Source: Minisyncoccia bacterium (GTDB lineage: Bacteria; Patescibacteriota; Minisyncoccia; SW-4-49-11). From it: a stretch of 64,000 nt of DNA. The DNA is taken from the NCBI GenBank assembly GCA_044356325.1, contig JBIKWJ010000003.1:36749-100748 (forward strand), in the 5' to 3' direction. A program made the translations under genes and the position numbers. A model generated the notes under the pieces. It was not told the DNA's origin, did not search any database, and saw nothing but the letters and a program-made list of their open reading frames with translations. This document shows positions 57,279 to 64,000 of this stretch, one piece after another (the first letter of the stretch is position 1; each line of letters opens with the position of its first letter).

Positions 57279-58373
57279 TTACCCTGTAATAGATATTAAC
57301 TCAGGAAATACATATAAACTAGGTTTACTACCTTTACCCTTTCTTAAAAGTTTAATTATTTTAGCTTCTTCTAATTTCTGAATTACCTGACGAGAATAAG
57401 GAGGCCTTACATTAGTTTTTTGTGAAAATTGAGTAGAAGTAAAATAGGGATAAGAAAAGAGAAAATCAAGAATATCAACAGCATATTGAGATTTCGTAAC
57501 GTTTCGTATCTCCTCTTTTTTTTCTCCATATAAAAACATAATATCTTTTGCCTTTTCAATGTTTAGTTCTGACTGCTCCTTAACAGCTTTTAAAAAATAG
57601 ATGATCCAAGAATCCCAATCACCATTAGATGATATCGCGTTTAATTTAGAGTAATAAACTTCTCTATCTTTTTCAAAATATGCACTCAAATAAAACATTG
57701 GTGTCGAAAGAACTTGCTTATAATGAAGAAATAGGGGGAGTATAATTCTACCTAAACGACCATTACCATCCCCAAAAGGATGAATAATTTCAAATTGAGC
57801 ATGTATGATAGCAAGTTGTACAAGAGGATCTTTTTCTTGGGAGTGAATATATGTCTCAAGATTTGCCATTAAGTCATTTATATCCTGAGGTGCAGGAGGT
57901 ACATAACTAGCTTCTTCAATTGTTGTTCCATCACTACCTATAAAAACTTGCCAATCTCTATACTTTCCAATTACTTTAGTTTGAGACCTTACTTCACTAA
58001 GAAGAATCTTATGGATTTCTTTTAATAGTCTTCCTGTTAAAGGAGTTTCTTTCATTTTCTCTATAGCAAAATACATAGATTTCCTATAGTTTAGAACTTC
58101 AAGAATATCTGCTTTTTTTTCATCCATTTCCATCGGATCTGCTTCATATTCAAGAACTTCTTCAAGAGTAGCTTGTGTTCCTTCAATCTTAGAAGATATC
58201 ACAGCTTCTTGAGTGGTTAATGGAGCCAGCAATACACTCGGATTAGGTATCCCTTGTAACAAACCATCAAATTTTGAAAGCCTATCTCTCGCATCACCAA
58301 TTAATGAGATATATTTTACCCAATCAAGATTTTCTAAAGGTAACGTTTTAGGTACAAATGGAGTTTTAGACAT
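57279..58373 (-). CDS. Fic-family protein (canonical AMPylation motif) with C-terminal wHTH
   Basis: HPFGDGNGRLGR motif. 364 aa. Confidence 0.8.
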   Translation of the reverse strand: MSKTPFVPKTLPLENLDWVKYISLIGDARDRLSKFDGLLQGIPNPSVLLAPLTTQEAVISSKIEGTQATLEEVLEYEADPMEMDEKKADILEVLNYRKSMYFAIEKMKETPLTGRLLKEIHKILLSEVRSQTKVIGKYRDWQVFIGSDGTTIEEASYVPPAPQDINDLMANLETYIHSQEKDPLVQLAIIHAQFEIIHPFGDGNGRLGRIILPLFLHYKQVLSTPMFYLSAYFEKDREVYYSKLNAISSNGDWDSWIIYFLKAVKEQSELNIEKAKDIMFLYGEKKEEIRNVTKSQYAVDILDFLFSYPYFTSTQFSQKTNVRPPYSRQVIQKLEEAKIIKLLRKGKGSKPSLYVFPELISITG

Positions 58374-58381
58374 AGTTATAA

Positions 58382-58558
58382 TTATTTAATCTTTACATTA
58401 TTAAGGAAATCATCGAACTCTTGCTTCTCTATTCGAAACTCTTTACCTATCTTATAAGCCTTTAATTTTCCTGCATTTATATATCTATATATAGTCATAA
58501 CATTAAGTTTGAGCTTATCAGATATCTCTTTTGCTGTGTAAAATTCTTGTGTGTTCAT
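58382..58558 (-). CDS. Excisionase-family (MerR-like) HTH DNA-binding protein; 58 aa, below the ORF-track cutoff
   Basis: Hand translation: MNTQEFYTAKEISDKLKLNVMTIYRYINAGKLKAYKIGKEFRIEKQEFDDFLNNVKIK. Xis/AlpA-like pattern (..v.TiyR.i..G.l.a.kiG...ri....l..fl). Confidence 0.5.
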   Translation of the reverse strand: MNTQEFYTAKEISDKLKLNVMTIYRYINAGKLKAYKIGKEFRIEKQEFDDFLNNVKIK

Positions 58559-58602
58559 ATTGTTTGTGATTACTTATATTATACTTTACTTTTCTTAACA
58601 AG

Positions 58603-58974
58603 TCAATTTTTATTATAGATCTGTAAAACCTTTTCATTCTCCTCTATATCCAGAGGAATAAAGTCTTTTAATTGCTTCTCTATCTCTTTTATCCACGGAG
58701 GATATAGATCCCCTTCCATTATATTAGCAACTTTTTTCAACCTATCCATAAGCCTATACCAAGTTCTTTGACTACAATGTGGTTCAATTAAACTTCTGAG
58801 ATCCCTAATTCCCCCATCTTCTTTCATAAGTACAATCATCCCAACCAACATAACGGCTTCTGTGGGTTTAGCTCTTATCGACAGCGTTTGAAGTAGTACA
58901 TCTTGAGGCTTATCCTTAGATATGAAAAAGATTTTATTTCCTTTCATAATAAGATTCTCCCAATACCATATCAC
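58603..58974 (-). CDS. Hypothetical protein
   Basis: 123-aa ORF. Confidence 0.35.
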   Translation of the reverse strand: MIWYWENLIMKGNKIFFISKDKPQDVLLQTLSIRAKPTEAVMLVGMIVLMKEDGGIRDLRSLIEPHCSQRTWYRLMDRLKKVANIMEGDLYPPWIKEIEKQLKDFIPLDIEENEKVLQIYNKN

Positions 58975-59063
58975 TATGTTATGACATATATTACGATGTA
59001 TCTCATCTTATTCAGTTATTGTATTATTGACATCTATAATATCGCATGATAAAGTGAGTTTAT

Positions 59064-59768
59064 ATGAAAAAATCTCCTATTAATTCTCCAGAAACCCCTA
59101 CCCCTTTACGCTTTGCAATACTTGCTACTGATATTGTCCTTTTTACTATATTTGATGGGGCTTTATATGTCAGACTTATGACAGTCAATCGTCCCCCACA
59201 TTTTGTACATCAGCCTGGATTACCTGGAGGACTTATTCGTCCTGATGAAATTGCAGAAGAAGCAGCTCGCCGTATCATTGATGAAAAAGGATATATTAAT
59301 TCAAAAAAAGTATATTTAGAACAGTTATTTACATTTAGTAATATTAATCGTGATCCACGTGGACGAGTTGTTGCTGTTGGCTATATTGGATTAATTTCAG
59401 AAGATAAGTTAACTGCTAAAGAAAAAGATAGTACGGGGGCCACTTATTGGTCACCAGTACATACTGCTAAACATTTAGCATATGATCATGATGAAATTCT
59501 CGCAACAGCATTAAAGAGATTAGCTTCTCGCGTCCATTATACTACCTTAATTGGACAGCTACTTCCTCGTGAATTTACGCTTACTGAATTAGAGAGAGCT
59601 TTTGAAAGTATATTAGGAAATGATCTTGATAGACGTAATTTTCGTAAAAAAATACTCAAGCTTGATATTGTAAAATCTACTGGTAAAAAAAGAGCCAATG
59701 GAGCTTTTCGACCTGCCGAATTATATCGTATGACTTCAAAAAAAGTTGAAGAAATAGAAGTCCTATAA
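59064..59768 (+). CDS. nrtR: NrtR-type regulator (Nudix-like N-terminal domain plus C-terminal winged HTH)
   Basis: Nudix-fold N-terminus with a degenerate Nudix box. C-terminal roughly 90-aa wHTH. Positioned immediately upstream of nadM-nadV, the classical NrtR regulon arrangement. Confidence 0.65.
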   Translation: MKKSPINSPETPTPLRFAILATDIVLFTIFDGALYVRLMTVNRPPHFVHQPGLPGGLIRPDEIAEEAARRIIDEKGYINSKKVYLEQLFTFSNINRDPRGRVVAVGYIGLISEDKLTAKEKDSTGATYWSPVHTAKHLAYDHDEILATALKRLASRVHYTTLIGQLLPREFTLTELERAFESILGNDLDRRNFRKKILKLDIVKSTGKKRANGAFRPAELYRMTSKKVEEIEVL

Positions 59769-59868
59769 AAGAATTATATCCATAATCCTTTTATATATTT
59801 GACAATACTTATTGTATTTGATACACTATCTAAGTTAACACTTCTTTTTTTAACTTTACTAAATGTAT

Positions 59869-59890
59869 TAGTTACACTAAGTAGTGTTAA
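59869..59890. promoter_or_regulatory. Imperfect inverted repeat TAGTTACACTAAGTAGTGTTAA, candidate NrtR operator
   Basis: GTTACAC / GTGTTAA half-sites 25 bp upstream of nadM. A third TTAACAC half-site lies at about 59834. Confidence 0.3.
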
Positions 59891-59914
59891 TGTTCTTTCA
59901 CAAATGGTAATCCT

Positions 59915-60826
59915 ATGGTAGTTCTTCCCCCCTCATCTCTTGGAGTGGTAGTTGGTCGCTTTCAAGTGGCAAAACTACATCCAGGACATCATCGAATTAT
60001 TGAGGCAGCTATGTCTAAGCATGAGAGACTTCTTATTGTTCTTGGTAGTAGCCGTGGATTTGCCTCAGATAAAGACCCCCTTTCTTTTGCAGCCAGGGCT
60101 CAGATGATTGCTCAAGAATATCCAAATGCGATTATTCTTGAGCAATTTGATCATCCAAGTGACTATATTTGGTCTCGGCAACTTGATCATCTTATAGCTG
60201 GTGTTGCAAGAAATTCGATAGTAACACTTTATGGTGGCCGAGATTCATTTATCCCCTATTATAGTGGTTTTTATCCAATAATCACTATTCCTAATTACAG
60301 GGATTATAATGGGACAAAGTATCGCACCATAATTCGTGACCGTATTGGTAAATCCACCGCCTGGAGACAGGGAGTTATTCATGCAGCACAAAATCGCCCA
60401 CCCCAAACCTATAGCACGGTTGATATTACAGTTATAAGACCTGGTCAGGTTTTACTTGCGGAAAAATATCAGGATGAAGGTAAGTTTCGATTTTTCGGAG
60501 GATTTGTGGATAACACAGACATCTCTGATGAAGCTGCGGCTAAGCGAGAATTACGAGAAGAGGCTGGTAGTTTTGAGGTTGCTGATTGGCATTATCTTGG
60601 ATCTACCCGTATTACTGACTGGCGTTATAAAAAAACGCGAGACGGTATTATGACTCGTTTTTTTGTAGCTCGCTACATTTTTGGGCGACCTGAACCTGGT
60701 GATGATATCGATAAACTTCATTGGGTATCCCTTGATACCTTTAAGGAAAATCTTATCCCAAGCCATATCCCCCTAGGAGAAATGCTCCTGCAATTTATTC
60801 AGAACAACCCCAAACACTGTTTCTAA
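59915..60826 (+). CDS. nadM: Bifunctional NMN adenylyltransferase (NadM-type) / Nudix ADP-ribose pyrophosphatase
   Basis: N-terminal VVVGRFQVAKLHPGHH (the archaeal-type (H/T)xGH cytidylyltransferase motif). C-terminal Nudix box GGFVDNTDISDEAAAKRELREEAG. Confidence 0.8.
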   Translation: MVVLPPSSLGVVVGRFQVAKLHPGHHRIIEAAMSKHERLLIVLGSSRGFASDKDPLSFAARAQMIAQEYPNAIILEQFDHPSDYIWSRQLDHLIAGVARNSIVTLYGGRDSFIPYYSGFYPIITIPNYRDYNGTKYRTIIRDRIGKSTAWRQGVIHAAQNRPPQTYSTVDITVIRPGQVLLAEKYQDEGKFRFFGGFVDNTDISDEAAAKRELREEAGSFEVADWHYLGSTRITDWRYKKTRDGIMTRFFVARYIFGRPEPGDDIDKLHWVSLDTFKENLIPSHIPLGEMLLQFIQNNPKHCF

Positions 60827-60836
60827 GGAGATTATC

Positions 60837-62255
60837 ATGCCCCAACAAAACACCCTCAATCTGCGCGGCATCATGAACACCATTCTTCTTTCCGATAGCT
60901 ACAAATTTACTCATTGGAAACAATATCCACCCAATACTCAAAAGGTGTATTCCTTTTTTGAGAGTCGTGGTGGAGTTTTCCCAGAAGTTACATTTTTTGG
61001 CCTTCAATACTATCTCATGGAATATCTTGTTGGAAAACGAGTTACTCTGGAAGATATAGCTGAGGCAAAAAATGATTATGCTCTCCATTTCGGTAATGAT
61101 AAGCTATTCAATGAAAATGGTTGGAAGAGAATCGTAGAAGTGCATAATGGGAAATTACCTGTACGCATTTCTGCAGTTCCTGAGGGATTAACCGTCCCCA
61201 CAGGAAATGTACTCATGACCATTGAGAATACTGACCCGGAGTTGCCATGGATTACTAATTACCTCGAGACTATTCTCTCCCTAGTATGGTATCCAACGAC
61301 CATTGCCACTCAAAGCCGGCAAATGCGTAATGCAGTTTATCAGTCTCTCCTAGAGACGGGTGACCCTGCAGGCATTGATTTCAAAGTACATGATTTTGGC
61401 TTTCGTGGTTCAACCTCGGTTGAATCGGCGGGCATTGGTGGTATGGCTCATTTAACCGCTTTCTCTGGTAGTGATACCTATGCAGGCATCATTTATGCTC
61501 GCCGTTACTATCAAGAGCCCATGGCGGGATTTTCCATACCTGCAGCCGAACATAGCACCGTAACAAGCTGGGGTAAAGAGCATGAGATAGATTCCTATCA
61601 AAATATGCTCAACCAATTCCCAGAAGGCCTTGTTGCAGTAGTGAGTGATAGCTATGACATTTATCGAGCTTGCTCTGAATTATGGGGGACAAAACTCCGT
61701 GATCAGGTGCTTGCAAGAGATGGTGTACTAGTGATTCGCCCAGATAGCGGAGAACCAGTTGAAGTAGTACTAAAAGTTCTTGAATTACTCGGCCAGTATT
61801 TTGGTAGGAGTAAAAATGATAAAGGCTATTGGGTATTAAACCCCAAAGTACGTATCATTCAAGGAGATGGTATTGACTATCAAATGCTGAGAAAAATTCT
61901 TTTCTCAATAGAGCATGCTGGTTGGTCTGCTGACAATTTGGCATTTGGGTCAGGTGGTGGATTACTGCAAAAGGTTAATCGTGATACACAAAAGTTTGCG
62001 ATAAAAGCCTCGGCTATACTTCGCGACAATACTTGGCACGATGTTCTCAAAGACCCCGTAACTGATCCTGGAAAAAAGTCTAAACCTGGTCGCCTCGCAC
62101 TTATTCATACTGACGGTCATTATCGCACAGTAAGAGAAGAAGAGGCTATCAAGCTTAATACCCCAAATCTATTACAGCCTGTTTTTGAGAATGGGAATCT
62201 CCTTCGAGAAACCACTTTTGCAGAAGTAAGAGATAGAGTTCGTACCATGAACTAG
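60837..62255 (+). CDS. nadV: Nicotinamide phosphoribosyltransferase
   Basis: 472-aa NAPRTase-family protein with GFRGSTSVESAGIGGMAHL. Linked to nadM and nrtR. Confidence 0.8.
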   Translation: MPQQNTLNLRGIMNTILLSDSYKFTHWKQYPPNTQKVYSFFESRGGVFPEVTFFGLQYYLMEYLVGKRVTLEDIAEAKNDYALHFGNDKLFNENGWKRIVEVHNGKLPVRISAVPEGLTVPTGNVLMTIENTDPELPWITNYLETILSLVWYPTTIATQSRQMRNAVYQSLLETGDPAGIDFKVHDFGFRGSTSVESAGIGGMAHLTAFSGSDTYAGIIYARRYYQEPMAGFSIPAAEHSTVTSWGKEHEIDSYQNMLNQFPEGLVAVVSDSYDIYRACSELWGTKLRDQVLARDGVLVIRPDSGEPVEVVLKVLELLGQYFGRSKNDKGYWVLNPKVRIIQGDGIDYQMLRKILFSIEHAGWSADNLAFGSGGGLLQKVNRDTQKFAIKASAILRDNTWHDVLKDPVTDPGKKSKPGRLALIHTDGHYRTVREEEAIKLNTPNLLQPVFENGNLLRETTFAEVRDRVRTMN

Positions 62256-62280
62256 TTAAGTCCCAACTTCATCATACTCA

Positions 62281-62312
62281 CCGGCATACAATATTGTATG
62301 CCGGTATTTTTA
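62281..62312 (+). terminator. Rho-independent terminator after nadV
   Basis: Perfect 24-nt palindrome CCGGCATACAATATTGTATGCCGG plus TATTTTTAT. Confidence 0.7.
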
Positions 62313-62331
62313 TCTAAATTTTCAAAAACTA

Positions 62332-62363
62332 TCCCAAACTATAGTGAGAGGGTAGTGGGGTAA
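62332..62363 (+). repeat. 32-bp direct repeat copy 2
   Basis: TCCCAAACTATAGTGAGAGGGTAGTGGGGTAA. Confidence 0.7.
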
Positions 62364-62429
62364 AGAGATTATATTGTGCTATACTACAAATATAATCTAT
62401 AAGCAAAACTTTTATCAAAATATAAAATT

Positions 62430-63242
62430 ATGAAAGAAGAAGATGCATTAAATCGAATACAGTCCCTTTTGTTATCAAATCAAGATAACATCTCTAGTAT
62501 AGAAGACCTCAGAAACATTATCAAAAGTCCATTTACTAAAGAAAACCCCCTTATCCTTATTGATAATCATGAAATAGTACAAGAACAAATTAAATCTAAT
62601 ATTTCTCATATACAAAGCTATTTGGATGAGCTCTTCCCATTTATATTGAAAATAAAAGAAGATTACATTGAAGATATTACCGAAGAGACTACTTTTTGTG
62701 CAGTTTACTTACTAATGAGATTTACCGTACAAAATTGGAGTTCTGTACTATCTCTCGCAAAGCAAGGTGATTATGGAAGCCTTCCGTTAATTCGTATATC
62801 AAATGAAGCAGTAGACCTAGCAACTTTATTTGTTTTTGATCATCACAAAGGAGAAGATCACAATCTCATGAAATGGTTTGGGGGTAAAATTATTAAACAT
62901 GAAAAATACAGAAATAAATATCCAAAATTTTTTAATAAAGAAGGCCAAGAAGCTACCCTGTTAAGCAACGCTCTAAATTACCTACATCAAACAGAGAGTT
63001 TAGCTACCCATCCCTCTTATATTAACATGATACAGAATATCAGCCCCCTCACAGAAGACTTTGATACCTCAGGTATGGTACAATATTCTCGCGTATATGA
63101 TGGACTAAGTTATGTGCTGGAAGCAATAAGAATCATGAATACTAGCTTAAAACTTGTTTATAAAATTCTTCTCAAAGACCTCCAAGGATGTGAACAGCTA
63201 AGTAAAATTAAATATAGATATGACACTCCTACTGTAGAATAA
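62430..63242 (+). CDS. Hypothetical protein
   Basis: 270-aa ORF downstream of the 32-bp repeat copy 2. Confidence 0.4.
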   Translation: MKEEDALNRIQSLLLSNQDNISSIEDLRNIIKSPFTKENPLILIDNHEIVQEQIKSNISHIQSYLDELFPFILKIKEDYIEDITEETTFCAVYLLMRFTVQNWSSVLSLAKQGDYGSLPLIRISNEAVDLATLFVFDHHKGEDHNLMKWFGGKIIKHEKYRNKYPKFFNKEGQEATLLSNALNYLHQTESLATHPSYINMIQNISPLTEDFDTSGMVQYSRVYDGLSYVLEAIRIMNTSLKLVYKILLKDLQGCEQLSKIKYRYDTPTVE

Positions 63243-63265
63243 GCATCCTACATCCCCCACTCAAA

Positions 63266-63296
63266 GGTTCGAACGTCGTCTAGCTCGCGGAGCCAA
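63266..63296 (+). repeat. tRNA-Asn 3'-end fragment (GGTTCGAA...CTCGCGGAGCCAA), candidate attR
   Basis: The 13-bp CTCGCGGAGCCAA is identical to the tRNA-Asn 3' end at 55431-55443. The T-loop GGTTCGAA is also retained. Confidence 0.6.
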
Positions 63297-63399
63297 CTCT
63301 CTTTAAATAGTTTTTTTAGCTTTTGTTTGGTTTACCATATAATATATTTGTTCGTATTTATTAAATATGTTACATTACATATAATACTACATAAATACT

Positions 63400-64000
63400 A
63401 TGGATGTGAAAGAAAATAACTTTATGAATATTAACAAAAAAACTATGAGTACTATATTGATAATTGTCGGGATTGTGTTAGTTGTGTGGCTTCTGTATAC
63501 CTGGCTTCCAGTGGATAATATTGAGGAGCCCAAATATACACTTATAAGCAAGACAAGTGGCTATGAGATACGAGAATATGCCTATTATATACTCGCCGAA
63601 ACCACAATCAGCGGTGCAGAGAACAGAGACGAGGCGTCAAGAAAAGGTTTTTCTATAATCGCTGGCTATATCTTTGGCGATAATATCAAGAGAGATAAAA
63701 TCTCTATGACAGTACCCGTTAATACCGAGGAGAGTACTTCAGAAAAGATCGCTATGACAGCACCGGTTAATACTGAGAAAATAGAGATGACTATGCCGGT
63801 TAATACTGAGGAAGAAGCAGATAGCGGTGCATACAATGTCTCTTTTGTCATGCCAAGCAAATATACACTAGAGACTTTGCCCGAGCCAAATGATAAGAGA
63901 GTAAAATTACGTGAAGTGCCGGCGCATAAGGTGGCAGTGAGGAGGTTTAGTTGGACGACTAGCGAATCAGCTTTTAAAAAAAACGAGGCAGAGCTATTGA
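63400..64000 (+). CDS. SOUL/HBP heme-binding family protein; 3' partial, runs off the window
   Basis: N-terminal TM helix then EEPKYTLISKTSGYEIREYAYYILAET, the SOUL family signature. The alternative start is 63424. Confidence 0.6.
   Translation, partial: MDVKENNFMNINKKTMSTILIIVGIVLVVWLLYTWLPVDNIEEPKYTLISKTSGYEIREYAYYILAETTISGAENRDEASRKGFSIIAGYIFGDNIKRDKISMTVPVNTEESTSEKIAMTAPVNTEKIEMTMPVNTEEEADSGAYNVSFVMPSKYTLETLPEPNDKRVKLREVPAHKVAVRRFSWTTSESAFKKNEAELL

Overview
This is an AT-rich (roughly 30% GC) bacterial chromosomal segment that reads with the standard genetic code; TGA is used as a stop. Genes are densely packed and mostly on the minus strand, and the content looks like a small-genome, monoderm-like lineage, possibly Patescibacteria/CPR-like. 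That lineage call is an inference from gene content only.

Housekeeping and core genes I can support:
- a COG0523 GTPase, a CooC/MinD-like ATPase and a small Cys protein in one operon
- dgkA and two ABC transporters
- a DUF368 protein and a Wzx-like flippase
- three GT2 glycosyltransferases, one GT4, a SAM methyltransferase and two very large GT-C-like polytopic membrane proteins
- CcdA, a DUF2207 protein, a D-2-hydroxyacid dehydrogenase, AlaX, a cyclophilin and a histidine phosphatase
- a clear heliorhodopsin, an RRM protein and a class I FBP aldolase
- gpmA and xth joined by an ATGA overlap
- hisS, bcp and a YgjP-like hydrolase
- an NrtR-NadM/Nudix-NadV NAD salvage operon and a partial SOUL heme-binding gene at the 3' edge

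There are two tRNAs: tRNA-Ala(GGC) on the minus strand at 46762-46834 and tRNA-Asn(GTT) on the plus strand at 55368-55442.

The main points of interest are:
- a tandem array of secreted proteins with a shared N-terminal domain and divergent Trp/Gly/Cys-rich C-termini, each followed by small membrane proteins, just downstream of an ABC transporter; each unit ends with a remnant of the transporter 3' end (about 6.0-10.1 kb)
- a ricin-B lectin secreted protein followed by six small polytopic membrane proteins (16.5-20.7 kb)
- a family of GC-rich mosaic hairpin repeats at 13 or more intergenic loci; these bracket selfish or defence-type genes (two Fic proteins, a MazF/PemK-like toxin, DUF3800, a YhcG-PDDEXK nuclease, DUF559, a tandem-RHH-like protein) and even supply the 3' coding ends of two genes
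- a roughly 7.9 kb island at tRNA-Asn, bounded by a 13-bp tRNA 3'-end direct repeat; it carries a high-GC foreign gene, a truncated serine recombinase, a Fic plus Xis-like HTH pair and the NAD-salvage operon
- a perfect 21-bp palindrome upstream of the COG0523 operon (Zur-box-like)

No CRISPR array and no rRNA are present.
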